Assembly (NCBI GenBank): GCA_963764165.1
Contig: CAVXRD010000002.1
Coordinates: 2,976,001 to 3,040,000 of the forward strand
DNA length: 64,000 nt
DNA from: an uncultured Verrucomicrobiae bacterium
GTDB lineage: Bacteria; Verrucomicrobiota; Verrucomicrobiia; Limisphaerales; Palsa-1400
Direction: 5' to 3'
The notes beneath the pieces are model-generated. The model had not been told where the DNA came from and did no database searches. It saw only the letters and a list, made by a program, of their open reading frames with translations. A program made the position numbers and the translations under genes. Each line of letters starts with the position of its first letter. Within the stretch, counting starts at the first letter, position 1. Below, piece after piece: positions 46,622 to 57,841 of the stretch.

Positions 46622-49600
46622 ATGAATTTTTCGCCACAAGCGGAGCCCCTCAATCCACGTCCAACGGCCAAGCGGCTGCTGGTCGCCAATCGCAATGAAA
46701 TTGCCGTCCGCGTTTTTCGCGCGGCCACCGAATTGGGACTCCGAACCGTAGCCATCTACGCCCAGGAGGATCGCCTCAGCATTCATCGCTTCAAAGCCGA
46801 CGAGGCGTATCTCATCGGGCGCGGCAAAGGGCCGGTGGGTGCGTATCTTGATATTCCCGGCGTGGTCGCGCTGGCGCGGGCGAAGGGCGTGGATCTCATT
46901 CATCCGGGCTACGGATTTCTGGCGGAGAACGCGGAATTCGCACGGGCTTGCGCGGCGGCGGGAATCACATTTGTCGGGCCGCGGCCGGAAATTATCGAGT
47001 TGATGGGCAACAAAGTCGCCGCGCGCGCGCTGGCGCTCAAGACGAATGTCCCCACCCTGCCGGGCACGCAGGATCCCATTCAGGATCGCGCGGAAGCGAT
47101 GAAGATTGCGCACGAAATTGGTTTTCCGCTGATCATCAAGGCGGCGTTCGGCGGCGGCGGGCGCGGGATGCGCGTGGTTCACAAGGCGGCGGATTTGAGC
47201 CACCTGCTCGACGAAGCGCAAAGCGAGGCGGATCGGTCGTTCGGAAATTCCGCCGTGTTTTTGGAGAAATACATTCCGCGCGCCAAGCACATCGAGGTTC
47301 AGATTCTCGGTGATCAACACGGGAATGTCTGCCATCTGCACGAGCGCGATTGCTCGGTGCAGCGCCGCCACCAGAAGGTCATCGAGATAGCGCCAGCCTT
47401 TGCGCTGGACGAGGCCGTCCGCAAAGACCTCTGCCAGGCCGCCGTCAGCATGGCCCGCGCTGTCAAGTATGATAATGCGGGCACGGTTGAATTTCTCTAC
47501 GATCTCGACAAGCGCGAATGGTTTTTCATCGAGGTCAACCCGCGCATTCAGGTCGAGCACACCGTGACGGAAGTCATCACGGGAATTGACCTGGTGCGCT
47601 CGCAAATCCTGATCGCGCAAGGCCACGCGCTGCGCGGGCCGGAAATCAATATTCCAGCGCAAGAAGACATCCCCCGCATCGGCTGCGCCGTGCAATGCCG
47701 GGTGACCACGGAAGATCCGGCCAACAAATTCACGCCCGATTACGGGCGCATTTTGACCTATCGCTCGACGGGCGGCTACGGCGTCCGGCTTGACGGCGGC
47801 ATGGGGTACACCGGCGCGGTCATCACGCCGTTTTACGATTCGCTGCTGGTGAAGATTTCCTCTTACGGGCGTGATTTCGAACTCGCGCTGCAGCGCATGG
47901 ATCGCGCGCTGCGGGAGTTCCGCATCCGTGGCGTCAAGACGAATATTCCTTTCCTGGAAAACGTCATCGCCAATCCCGTTTTCCGCAGCGGCCAGGCCAC
48001 CACCACGCTCATCGACACAACGCCGGAACTCTTTTCCTTCAAGCCGCGGCGGGACCGCGCCACCAAGCTGCTGGCATTTCTGGCCGACGTCATCGTCAAT
48101 GGCAATCCGCAGGCCAAGGGGCACAAGCCCAAAGCGGCGCTGCTCGCCGCAGCCCCTCCTGACGTCGAAGGAAAAGGGTCGCCGGCGCCGGGCACGCGGC
48201 AATTGCTTCTCGAGATGGGCGCGAAGAAATTCGCGGAATGGACTGTCAAGCAAAAGCGCCTGCTGGTCACGGACACAACGTTTCGCGACGCCCACCAATC
48301 GCTGCTGGCCACTCGTGTTCGCTCGTATGACATGCTGGCCGTGGCGCCCGCCGTCGCGCTGCGCACGCCGCAATTGTTCAGCCTGGAAATGTGGGGCGGC
48401 GCGACGTTTGACACGGCCATGCGCTTCCTGCGCGAGGATCCGTGGGAGCGGCTGCGCCAATTGCGCTATCGCGTTCCGAACATTTGTTTCCAGATGCTTT
48501 TCCGCGGCTCCAACGCCGTCGGCTATTCCAATTACCCGGACAATGCGGTCAAGGGTTTTGTCGCTCACGCCGCCGCTTCGGGCATCGATATTTTCCGCAT
48601 TTTCGATTCGCTGAATTACACGCCGAATTTGAAAGCCGCGATGGAAGCGGTGCAAAACACGCACGCCGTTTGCGAGGCCGCCATCTGTTACACCGGCGAC
48701 ATCCTTGACCCGAAGCGCACAAAGTACTCGCTTAAATACTACGTCAACCTGGCCAAGGAACTCGAAAAAATGGGCGCGCATTTCCTGTGCATCAAAGACA
48801 TGGCGGGCCTGTGCCGCCCGTTTGCCGCCCGCGCTTTGGTCAAGGCGCTGAAGGACAACACAGATTTGCCCATTCATTTCCATACCCACGACACGAGCGG
48901 CGTCAATTCCGCTTCCGTCCTGCAGGCCAGCGAAGCCGGAGTGGATATTGTCGATTTGGCCATTGCGTCGATGAGCGGCTCGACGAGCCAGCCCAATTTG
49001 AATTCCATTGTGGCCGCGCTGCAAAACACGCCGCGCGACACCGGGCTGGATTTGGCGTCGCTCAACGAATTTTCCGAATACTGGGAAAAAGCGGCCGCGG
49101 CCTATTCGCCGTTCGACACCGCCCCGCGCAGCGGCACGGCGGAAGTTTATTTGACAGAAATGCCGGGCGGCCAGTACACCAATCTCAAGGAGCAGGCCGC
49201 CAGCATGGGCCTGTCCGCCCGCTGGGCCGAAATCGCCCGCACCTACGCGGAAGTCAACGAGCTTTTCGGCGACATCGTCAAGGTGACGCCGAGCAGCAAA
49301 GTGGTCGGCGACATGGCGATGTTTCTTCTCACGCGCGGCATCAAGCCGGCGGACGTCCTCAATCTCGAGCCGGGAAGCATTCCATTTCCCGCCTCGGTGA
49401 TTGACATGCTCAGCGGCAATCTCGGCCAGCCGGATGGAGGCTGGCCGAAAAAATTGCAGAAGGTTGTGCTGGGGGACCGCAAGCCAATTCGCGGCCGCCG
49501 GGGGCGGGCTTGAAGGCGCTTAATTTGAAGAAGGTGCAGGAGGAGCTTTCCGCGAAACTGAAGCACGACGCCAGCGCGAACGATCTTTACAGCCACTTGA

Positions 49601-50106
49601 TGTATCCCGAAGTGTTCGCGGAATATTCCAAATTCTCCCGGGATTACGGCGATGTCTCGGTGCTTCCGACCAGCGCATTTTTCTATGGCTTGAAACCGGG
49701 CGAGGAAATTTCCGTCGACATTGAGGAAGGCAAAACCCTGTTCATCAAGTTCAGCCATCTCGGCAATGTGGACAAGGACGGCAAACGCGGGGTGTCGTTC
49801 GAATTGAACGGGATGATGCGCGAAATTTCCGTGACCGACCGCTCCATTCAAGCCAAGGCCGTCAGCCGGCCCAAAGCCGATCCCGCCGACGCGCTTCAAG
49901 TGGCGGCGCCAATTCCGGGCTTGATCACCTCGCTGTCGGTCAACGTCGGGGCCAAAGTGGCGAAAGGCGAAAAATTATTGACGCTGGAAGCGATGAAAAT
50001 GCAGAGCACGATTTACGCTCCCGGCAACGGGACGGTCGAGGCGATCCACGCGCAAGTCGGAGACACCGTGGAGAGCAAGGATTTGCTGATCAAGATACGG
50101 GCTTGA
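46622..50106 (+). CDS. pyc: pyruvate carboxylase, split by an apparent 1-bp deletion near 49500
   Basis: Biotin carboxylase (ANRNEIA, GGGGRGMR, ERDCSVQRRHQK), carboxyltransferase (RDAHQS, HTHDT) and biotin carrier (EAMKM) in the next frame. Confidence 0.93.
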
Positions 50107-50255
50107 TTGAGCCAGGGGCGGGCTTCCGCCTCGGCGTCCTATAGGTCTTATAAGCCCCATAAGTCCTATTTCATGCGCATTATGGGACGGCTCGGCTGTG
50201 ATTGTGGAGAAAAGCTGGCATCGCAATGTTTGTGTGACTGTGTTACTTGTTGCTT

Positions 50256-50684
50256 ATGGATGCGATCACACTTCCGCCAGAGCCGAGTTACGACACCGAA
50301 CATCTCCGTCTGCTTTCGCTGTTTCACTACATTGTTGGCGGCCTTGCCGGGCTCTTCGCCTGCTTTCCCATCTTTCACATTGCGATAGGAATCATGCTCA
50401 TAATGTCGCCGCAGCATGTGAACAACAATCCAATGCCGCCGGCGCAATTCGGCTGGTTTTTCGCCATCCTGGGATCGGTTTTGGTTTTGATTGGCTGGAC
50501 ATGCGCAAGCTTGATCATCGTTTCGGGAAGATTTCTTGCCCAGCGCAAGAGCTATACGTTCTGCATCGTGATCGGCTGCATCGAATGCTTGTTCATGCCG
50601 TTTGGAACCATCCTCGGAGTATTCACGCTCATCGTGCTCAATCGTCCAAGTGTGAAGGCGATGTTCGGACCGCAGTATCCGTAA
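50256..50684 (+). CDS. hypothetical membrane protein
   Basis: EHLRLLSLFHYI, several TM segments and PFGTILGVFTLIVLNRP. Confidence 0.8.
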   Translation: MDAITLPPEPSYDTEHLRLLSLFHYIVGGLAGLFACFPIFHIAIGIMLIMSPQHVNNNPMPPAQFGWFFAILGSVLVLIGWTCASLIIVSGRFLAQRKSYTFCIVIGCIECLFMPFGTILGVFTLIVLNRPSVKAMFGPQYP

Positions 50685-51320
50685 TTACGAACCGCGCGCT
50701 CCCTGTGGGGCCGAAGCAAAACTGGCCAGCTTTCCGGCCAGATACGCCACGGAAGGGCTTTGCGGCACTTTGCCTTCAGCGAGGATGCATTCCATTTTCG
50801 CAGGCGTGTCATAATAGGCATTGTTGGCCTCGTCATCGCTGACGATCATTCCGCTCTTGACAAGTGCGGCCCCCGAAAATCCATGCCTGCTGTTGTAAAT
50901 CCAAACGGAAGCTTCCACCGCGCTGGCATCTGAGTTTTCTCCGCTGGATGAACCAGCCAGAATGGAAGTCGCATCCTGCGCCATCAGCGCCAGCACGATA
51001 AAATTATGTTCGTCAGCGGCCTGCGAGCCGAGGCTGGCTCTGACAAATGCGGCCGGGCTCCAATGGCCCGAGGTCGCATCCCGCGTGATGGCGATGCCAT
51101 TGCCGCCTTGCGTGGAATAGAGAAAATCCGCCTTCGCCCATTCCAAAAACACGATTCCTTGCGCTTTCCGCAAGACCTCCGCTGGAACGCACTTGCTTGG
51201 CTGGCCCTGAAGGATTTCGAACTTTGACGCCAGCGCGAATATGCGGCGATCCAATGCAGCCCGCGCCTCGCTGCCGTGTGGTTTCTGCTGTTGAAAATTG
51301 GTAATCCTGACGTCTTCCAT
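50685..51320 (-). CDS. Ysc84/SYLF lipid-binding domain protein
   Basis: VPAEVLRKAQGI, GGNG, WSPAAF and ANNAYY. Confidence 0.7.
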   Translation of the reverse strand: MEDVRITNFQQQKPHGSEARAALDRRIFALASKFEILQGQPSKCVPAEVLRKAQGIVFLEWAKADFLYSTQGGNGIAITRDATSGHWSPAAFVRASLGSQAADEHNFIVLALMAQDATSILAGSSSGENSDASAVEASVWIYNSRHGFSGAALVKSGMIVSDDEANNAYYDTPAKMECILAEGKVPQSPSVAYLAGKLASFASAPQGARGS

Positions 51321-51523
51321 CGAAGAAAATCGCCATTGTGCCCCTGTTGCGCAAGGGCAGGAATTCCCCGCAAAACACCTAAGGAAACGCCCTGTGGGGA
51401 ACGAGAGGGTTAGCTGTTTTCTGAGCAGGGGAATAATGGGACGAATATTGCCTTTGCCTATCGTAACCCCATCTATGGTCTCTTTTCCTGATGTTCCTGA
51501 GTTCCAGATTTAATTTTCCGCGC

Positions 51524-53347
51524 CTAATACGAAAGTCCAAATCCGCAGGGGAAAAGCGGGTCTTTCGCGTTCGGGCCTTCGGCCACTTGCTGCATGTTGC
51601 GGGGCCACGTCCGGGGAAGTTTGCCGACGGGCTTGCGGCCAAAAAGTACGTCCGCCACTCCTTCGCCTTCAGTGCCTGGAAGCCATGCGGCAAGGATCGC
51701 GTCACTGTCGTCCAGAGCCGAACCGAGAATTAAAGGGCGGCCGGAAATGATGATCGTGATGACACGCGCACCTGTTAATCTCGCGCGATGAATCAGCTCC
51801 AAATCCTCGGGCGCCAGGCTTAAATCGCTGCGATCCCCTTTCATTTCGGCATAAGGATTCTCGCCGACGACGACAATGATGGGATCCGATCCCTGCAGCG
51901 TTGTGCCGTCGCCGGAATAGGTCACTTCCGTTTCGTGGGAGGCGACGGCGCGGATTCCCTCGTAGAGCGTGCTGCCGCCGGTGGTCACTTTGCCGGGTTT
52001 GCCCTGCCAGTCAATGGTCCACCCGCCGCATTGGATTCCCATGTCGTTGGCCGCCCGCCCCGCGACCGTCACATGATGCAATTTATCCGGGTTTTTCGAG
52101 AGCGGCAGCGCGCGATCCGCATTCTTCAGGAGCACAACCGAGGCGCGCACGCATTCGCGGCCAACCATGCGATGTTCATCGCTTCCGATTTTTGCCAGCC
52201 ATTTCGTCTCCGCGTAAGGATGCTCGAAAAGCCCCATCAAATATTTGATTCGGAGAATCCGCCGCACCGCGTCGTCGATTCGCGCCATGGGAACTTCGCC
52301 CGACGCGGCCAATTGCCTGAGGATGGTGATGAACTGGACGTAATTGTTCGTTTCACCCGGGCCAGCCGGAATCATCACCATGTCGATCCCCGCGTTGACG
52401 GAGGTTTTTACGTCGTTCGTGTAATCCGGGGAAATTTGGTCGATGGCGGCCCAATCGGAAACGAGAAATCCCTTGAAGCCGAGTTCCTCCTTCAGCATCC
52501 CAGTCAATAATTTTCTATTGGCGTGCATCTTCAGCCCGTTCCAACTGCTGTAGGAAACCATGATGGATCCAACGCCGGCTTTGATGGCCGCGACGTAGGG
52601 CGGAAGAAAAACGCGGCGCAGCGTGGCCTCATCCCAAACGGAATTGCCCTGATCGATTCCGTCCGTGGTGCCGCCGTCGCCAATAAAATGCTTGGCGCAA
52701 GCCAGCACCGAGCCGGAATCGTAAAGATGTTTGCCCTGGAAACCACGGATGGCGGCTTCGCCCAGGGGCGCGACAATTTCCGGTGTTTCGCCAAAACTTT
52801 CGTAGGTGCGCCCCCAGCGTTCATTCTGCACCACCGCAATGCACGGGGCAAATGTCCACGGGATTCCGGAGGCTCTTACCTCAAGGGCTGTGATATGCGC
52901 CGCCGCCTCCACCAAACGGGGATTCCGCGTCGCGCCGAGGCCGATGTTGTGGGGGAAAATGACAGCGTTGGCCAGGTGGTTGTGCCCATGCACCGCGTCA
53001 ATTCCGAAGATCAGCGGGATTTTCAAACGGCTTTTCAGCGCCCATGACTGATATTCGTCGCATGCCTTGGCCCATCCTTTGGCGGTGGGATCCTGCGGCG
53101 AATCATTGCCGCCGCCGAGCATGGATCCGAGCGCGAATTTCTGAATGTCATCGGGATGCTCAAGCGCGGCCATGCCGACTTGCGTCATCTGGCCGACTTT
53201 TTCCTCGAGGGTCATCGAGGAAAGAAGGGATTCAACGCGCTGTTGAATTTCCTGTTCGTTTAGCGGCGGCGCGGCAGCCACTGGACATTGGACCACGAAT
53301 TGGATTAGCGCCACTGCAAGAAGAAGCGGCACCCATGCACATTTCAT
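51524..53347 (-). CDS. glycoside hydrolase family 3 (beta-glucosidase)
   Basis: MTLEEKVGQM, DAVHG, RWGRTYE, CAKHF and GFLVSDW. Confidence 0.95.
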   Translation of the reverse strand: MKCAWVPLLLAVALIQFVVQCPVAAAPPLNEQEIQQRVESLLSSMTLEEKVGQMTQVGMAALEHPDDIQKFALGSMLGGGNDSPQDPTAKGWAKACDEYQSWALKSRLKIPLIFGIDAVHGHNHLANAVIFPHNIGLGATRNPRLVEAAAHITALEVRASGIPWTFAPCIAVVQNERWGRTYESFGETPEIVAPLGEAAIRGFQGKHLYDSGSVLACAKHFIGDGGTTDGIDQGNSVWDEATLRRVFLPPYVAAIKAGVGSIMVSYSSWNGLKMHANRKLLTGMLKEELGFKGFLVSDWAAIDQISPDYTNDVKTSVNAGIDMVMIPAGPGETNNYVQFITILRQLAASGEVPMARIDDAVRRILRIKYLMGLFEHPYAETKWLAKIGSDEHRMVGRECVRASVVLLKNADRALPLSKNPDKLHHVTVAGRAANDMGIQCGGWTIDWQGKPGKVTTGGSTLYEGIRAVASHETEVTYSGDGTTLQGSDPIIVVVGENPYAEMKGDRSDLSLAPEDLELIHRARLTGARVITIIISGRPLILGSALDDSDAILAAWLPGTEGEGVADVLFGRKPVGKLPRTWPRNMQQVAEGPNAKDPLFPCGFGLSY

Positions 53348-53423
53348 GCGGGGAGTATGGGACTCCCTTGTCCGTTTTCCAGATTAAAAAATGCTCTACT
53401 AAAGTATAGGGAAGAGAGATCGC

Positions 53424-54410
53424 CTAAACATGCCCCGCGATGGGATGCGGAACATAAGGCTCCTCCAGAAATTTTACTTCGTCAGCGGATAGCTTCAATG
53501 TGAGTGCGCCAATGGCATCCTCCAAGTGATGAATTTTCGAAGCGCCAATGATCGGAGCCGTCACGGCCGGCTGATGCAGCAGCCACGCCAGCGCGATTTG
53601 CGACGGTGGCACGCCGCGCCTGCCAGCCAGTTCGTTGACGCGATCCACCACGGCGCGATCCGCATCGCGCATTTTCGTGTAAAGCGTTTTGCCGTAAACG
53701 TCGGTTTTCGCCCGCGCCGTTTCGGCGCCGTCCTGCCACGGCCGGGCCAGCTTCCCACGGGCCAGCGGGCTCCATGGGATCACAGCGATTCCCTCCGCCC
53801 GGCAGAGTTTCAACATCTCGCGCTCTTCCTCGCGGTAAATGAGATTGTAATGCGGCTGCATGGAAATGAACCGCGTCCACCCTTGCCGCTCGGCGATGTG
53901 CAGCGCGCCGCAAAATTGCCACGCATACATGGATGACGCGCCCACGTAACGCGCCTTCCCGGCCTTCACCACATCATGCAGAGCCTCGAGCGTTTCCTCG
54001 ATCGGCGTGTCGTAATCCCAGCGGTGCGTCTGATACAAATCAACGTAATCCATTCCGAGACGTCGCAGGCTGTCGTCGATGGCGGCGAAGATCGCCTTGC
54101 GCGAAAGTCCGCTGGTGTTCGGCTTCTCGCGCCAGGCGTGGTAAACTTTGGTGGCCACCACGATTTCATCGCGGCGCGCGAACTCCTTCAGCGCGCGCCC
54201 GACAATTTCCTCGCTGGTGCCATCGGAATAACTGTTGGCGGTGTCAAAGAAATTGATTCCGGCTTCCACCGCGCGTTTGAGGAAAGGGCGGCTTTCCTCT
54301 TCGCCGAGGGTCCAAGGATGCGCGCCGCGCTCCGGCACGCCGAAACTCATGCAGCCAAGGCATAGCCGCGAAACCTTGACGCCCGTTTTTCCGAGTCTTA
54401 CGTAGTCCAT
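53424..54410 (-). CDS. aldo/keto reductase
   Basis: LGCMSFG, FFDTANSY, ATKV, DLYQTHRWD and WSPLARG. Confidence 0.95.
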   Translation of the reverse strand: MDYVRLGKTGVKVSRLCLGCMSFGVPERGAHPWTLGEEESRPFLKRAVEAGINFFDTANSYSDGTSEEIVGRALKEFARRDEIVVATKVYHAWREKPNTSGLSRKAIFAAIDDSLRRLGMDYVDLYQTHRWDYDTPIEETLEALHDVVKAGKARYVGASSMYAWQFCGALHIAERQGWTRFISMQPHYNLIYREEEREMLKLCRAEGIAVIPWSPLARGKLARPWQDGAETARAKTDVYGKTLYTKMRDADRAVVDRVNELAGRRGVPPSQIALAWLLHQPAVTAPIIGASKIHHLEDAIGALTLKLSADEVKFLEEPYVPHPIAGHV

Positions 54411-54473
54411 GGCTCCTAAGCTACTCACAATTCAATGCGCCGCAATGCCGAGCACGAAATCGGATTTCTAAAA

Positions 54474-54504
54474 GGTAGAGACGCCTCGGCGAGGCGTCCC
54501 TACC
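54474..54504. repeat. single collapsed REP (family A)
   Basis: ggtagagacgcctcggcgaggcgtccctacc. Confidence 0.8.
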
Positions 54505-54513
54505 TCAAGACAG

Positions 54514-54885
54514 TCACTGTTTCACGATTCCGGCAAAGGCGCTGCGATACGCCCACAAGAGGAAAAGCGACAGCGCGCCAACGATCAGGCCGGGGGCCAG
54601 AGCTGAATGATCAAGGAAGATGGCGTATAACAATATGTTCACTGCCACTGGCCCGACCAGCGTAAGCCCCAGCGGAGCTTTCTTGCCGATCAATAATAGA
54701 AATCCACCGACGACCTCGAAACACTTGACCGCGTGAAGGTAATGGCTCGCGAAAATGGCGGTAAAAAAGTCCCCGGCGAGACCGGTGGGTGGAGGAGGTG
54801 TCTTGATCGGCAGAAAAAACATGACGCCAGCCGCGAAAAAAGCGAGACCCAGCAAGGTTCGCGCAATAATGATTGCAACTTTCAT
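54514..54885 (-). CDS. DoxX-like membrane protein
   Basis: ARTLLGLAFF, EVVGGFLLL and PVAVNI. Confidence 0.8.
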   Translation of the reverse strand: MKVAIIIARTLLGLAFFAAGVMFFLPIKTPPPPTGLAGDFFTAIFASHYLHAVKCFEVVGGFLLLIGKKAPLGLTLVGPVAVNILLYAIFLDHSALAPGLIVGALSLFLLWAYRSAFAGIVKQ

Positions 54886-54905
54886 GATTCGGCTTCGGTT
54901 TATTA

Positions 54906-55475
54906 TCATTTGCTGAGCTTCACAGCGAACGCGGCCACGCGTTTGCCCAAAATTTCGCCCGTCAATTTGTCCGCCTCGTTGGGCGTGACTTCTGGCGTGT
55001 CAAATCCCTGCCCCATCACGCCGGCGTAACTGCTGAGGCGATTGATGCCTTTGTCGTTCATTGGATTTTCCGGCATGCCGATCCAGATCATCCCGTGTTG
55101 CATGGCCAGGGTGAAGAGGTAATGCAGCGTGTTCAATTTGTCGCCGCTCGGCCCATTGGAAACCGAGAAGCCAGCGGCTAACTTGTCCCGCCATTTGCCG
55201 TGGAACCAGCGTCCGCCGGTGGCATCGGCCAGCGCCTTGAATTGCGCCGCCGGCCCGCCCATGTAAGTGGGGCAGCCGAAGATAATCGCGTCGCTGGCGT
55301 CGAGTTGCGACAGGACGGTTTCATTTTCGTAGCGGCCTTTCGCAATGTCATCGCCAGAAATGCCGATGAGGTTGGCCGTCACCGCCGGCACGCTGGCCGC
55401 CCCTCGATGGACGGCTTCGGCCATCTTGGTATTGTGTCCGGATCCCGAATAATAAACGATGGATACAGTGCTCAT
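54906..55475 (-). CDS. flavodoxin family / WrbA-like NAD(P)H oxidoreductase
   Basis: YYSGSGH, IFGCPTYMG, SGDK and QHGMIW. Confidence 0.9.
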   Translation of the reverse strand: MSTVSIVYYSGSGHNTKMAEAVHRGAASVPAVTANLIGISGDDIAKGRYENETVLSQLDASDAIIFGCPTYMGGPAAQFKALADATGGRWFHGKWRDKLAAGFSVSNGPSGDKLNTLHYLFTLAMQHGMIWIGMPENPMNDKGINRLSSYAGVMGQGFDTPEVTPNEADKLTGEILGKRVAAFAVKLSK

Positions 55476-55551
55476 GTTATTGTGTAGGTTTGTTTGTTTT
55501 GGGCGTGTTCTCAAATGCCAAGCATCCTCGACCACGCCCGTTTTGTTGTGT

Positions 55552-56247
55552 TTAGTTCAAGTCAAACAAAAGGACCTGAGCTGGTTTTGACGCCTCAAAC
55601 TTCAGCGCCTTTTCGTCGCTCACCGCCGCGGCGTCGCCGCCGTGCAATGTTTTACCGTTCAACGAAATTTCGCCTTCGGCCACATGCACCCACGCGTGGC
55701 GTCCTGGCGCCAGTTCGTGCGCAGCTTGCTCGCCGCCATTGAATTTGGCCAGCCAAAGGTCGGCCTCCTGATGAATCGCAATCGAGCCGTCCCGGCCCCT
55801 CTTGCTCGTTACCAGGCTCAACAGGCCTGGTTGCGCCTTCGCAAGAGCCTTCTCGGCGTAACGCGGCTGCACGCCCTTTTCATCCGGCTGAATCCAGATT
55901 TGCAGCAGATGCACCGCCTCTTCTTTGGACGGGTTGAATTCGCTGTGCTGCACGCCGGAACCGGCGGCCATGTATTGGACATCGCCGGTCCGGATCACGC
56001 GCCCGTTGCCCATGGAGTCCTTGTGCTCAAGCGAACCGCTCAGGATGTAGGTGATAATTTCCATATCCCGATGCGGATGCTTGCCGAAGCCCATGCCCGG
56101 CATCACGAGATCGTCGTTGATGACGCGCAGGCTGCGAAAGCCCATCCAATGCGGATCATAATAATCCGCGAAGCTGAAAGTGTGATAAGAGTCCAGCCAC
56201 CCGTGCTCGGCGTGGCCCCGTTCGTTCGCTTTCCTAATTTTCATCAT
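55552..56247 (-). CDS. pirin family protein (YhhW-like)
   Basis: HGWLDSYHTFSF, HPHRDMEI, HKDSMGN and HSEFN. Confidence 0.95.
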   Translation of the reverse strand: MMKIRKANERGHAEHGWLDSYHTFSFADYYDPHWMGFRSLRVINDDLVMPGMGFGKHPHRDMEIITYILSGSLEHKDSMGNGRVIRTGDVQYMAAGSGVQHSEFNPSKEEAVHLLQIWIQPDEKGVQPRYAEKALAKAQPGLLSLVTSKRGRDGSIAIHQEADLWLAKFNGGEQAAHELAPGRHAWVHVAEGEISLNGKTLHGGDAAAVSDEKALKFEASKPAQVLLFDLN

Positions 56248-56356
56248 GGCAAAAGAATGCCACAACGAAGGCGAAGCTGTGAAAGACCGAGTTTCTTGGC
56301 TCAGTATGCGAAAAAAGCATGGTGCCTTGCGCCCGGTTTACGGGAAAATTGTCACC

Positions 56357-57802
56357 TCACGGCGAGCGGAGGCGATAGCACCGGACGGGATAATTCGCCC
56401 ACTGTGGGTCGCTGAAATAAAGCACGCCATTTGTGAGACTGTTCGTCTGAAGCGGCAGCCAATTGGAAGAAATCAAATCCGTGGAAGCGTCAACGGCGAC
56501 GGCCTGATTGAAAACGCCTGTCAAATCAAAGCCAAACGCATTGGATAGAATTCCAAAATGACCATTACTCAAGAATCTTGGCGCCACAGTCAGGCCAAAA
56601 ACCACCCCCTTGTTATTGGTTCCACCATCCGCCGTCGTTCCGTAAAGAGTATTGCCTCCCAGCACGAATTTCGAGTCGCACTGCCAGCCCGCGGCTGTGT
56701 TAAAATTCATCAGCGTCGCAAAATCCGCGCCGTTGGTCAGCATCGTAAAAATGGTGCCGTAGTTCGACAAACCACCCGCTCCGGTCGTCCCGTAGAGGGC
56801 GCTGCCATTCAGCAGAAGAGCATTGCGCGGGAAAGCGCCATCCGTATTCACAAAATTATGCAGGTTGGTGAATCCGGTTCCGTTGGTGGCTACTTTGAAG
56901 ATATTCCCGCAAGCACTTGCGCCCCCGCCAACCGTCACTCCGTAAAGCGTATCGCCGGCCAGGGCCAATCCCGCCACCGGCGCCGCACCGTCGCTATTCG
57001 TGCCGCCGCTGGTGATTGAGAAATACTTTAGAACTGTAAAACTGGTTCCGTCCGTTTGCATGGCAAATACCACGCCGTTGGAGGCGCCGCCATGATATGT
57101 TGTGCCGTAAAGCGTGGTTCCGCTCAGCACCATGCCGCCCGTTGGGTGCGCGCCGTCGGCGTTGGTTCCCGAAAGCACAGGAATTCCGCTGACATTGTTT
57201 GAGCCGATAAATGTGGGCGAAAAAGCCTTGATTACCGTGAAGCCCGACCCGTCTGCGTTGATTTTGAATACGGCACCGGTGCCATTAGCCCCGCCGTAAA
57301 CAGTGGTTCCGTAAAGCGCGCTGCCATCGGTCACCAAATCTGACTGCGGCCGGTCGCCATCGCCGTTTGTGCCCCAAATGGTCGGCGCGGTCGGCGAAAA
57401 GCTATGCACCTCGACGTATCCCGTGCCGTTCGTATTAATTTTGAAAATGTTTCCATTGCCGGACGCCCCGCCGGTAAGGGTCGTGCCCCACAGTGTATCG
57501 CCAATGAGAACCATTCCGCCCTGGGGGCTGGGACTATTGGTCAAGCTTCGGAGGATGCTGTAGCCGCTGCCGTCGGTATTGATCCGAAAAATCGTGCCAT
57601 TGGCATTGGTGCCTCCGCTGGCAGTGGTTCCGTAAAGGGTGTTACCGCCCAGGACCAATTCGGAGAGCGAAGCATAGCCGTCTTGCGATACAGATCCAAA
57701 CGAATGCAGGACTTTATACGATTGCGCAAATAAGCCAGTGGCATTCAAGATCAACGCCAGGCACGTCAGCCAGAAATGAATCAAGGTGCGCGTAGCCTTC
57801 AT
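56357..57802 (-). CDS. secreted GloVer (Gloeobacter/Verrucomicrobia) tandem-repeat protein
   Basis: Repeated LYGTT..GG...GTIF.I.T.G.G units; C-terminal tail domain. Confidence 0.88.
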   Translation of the reverse strand: MKATRTLIHFWLTCLALILNATGLFAQSYKVLHSFGSVSQDGYASLSELVLGGNTLYGTTASGGTNANGTIFRINTDGSGYSILRSLTNSPSPQGGMVLIGDTLWGTTLTGGASGNGNIFKINTNGTGYVEVHSFSPTAPTIWGTNGDGDRPQSDLVTDGSALYGTTVYGGANGTGAVFKINADGSGFTVIKAFSPTFIGSNNVSGIPVLSGTNADGAHPTGGMVLSGTTLYGTTYHGGASNGVVFAMQTDGTSFTVLKYFSITSGGTNSDGAAPVAGLALAGDTLYGVTVGGGASACGNIFKVATNGTGFTNLHNFVNTDGAFPRNALLLNGSALYGTTGAGGLSNYGTIFTMLTNGADFATLMNFNTAAGWQCDSKFVLGGNTLYGTTADGGTNNKGVVFGLTVAPRFLSNGHFGILSNAFGFDLTGVFNQAVAVDASTDLISSNWLPLQTNSLTNGVLYFSDPQWANYPVRCYRLRSP

Positions 57803-57841
57803 AAATTCTGATCATCGTCCAAAAGGCCTTGTAACAAAAGG

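Noticed and set aside
46601..49024. 807-aa minus-strand ORF (also 602-2515 + and 16860-18203 +)
   Set aside because: Antisense shadows of pyc, lpxB/oxidoreductase and the transposase, as expected from high-GC codon bias
50137..50190. 9-bp periodic cctata/cccata repeats (also near 24000, 30850, 51430 and 60690) as coding or CRISPR-like units
   Set aside because: Dispersed short intergenic repeat family, counted under REP diversity
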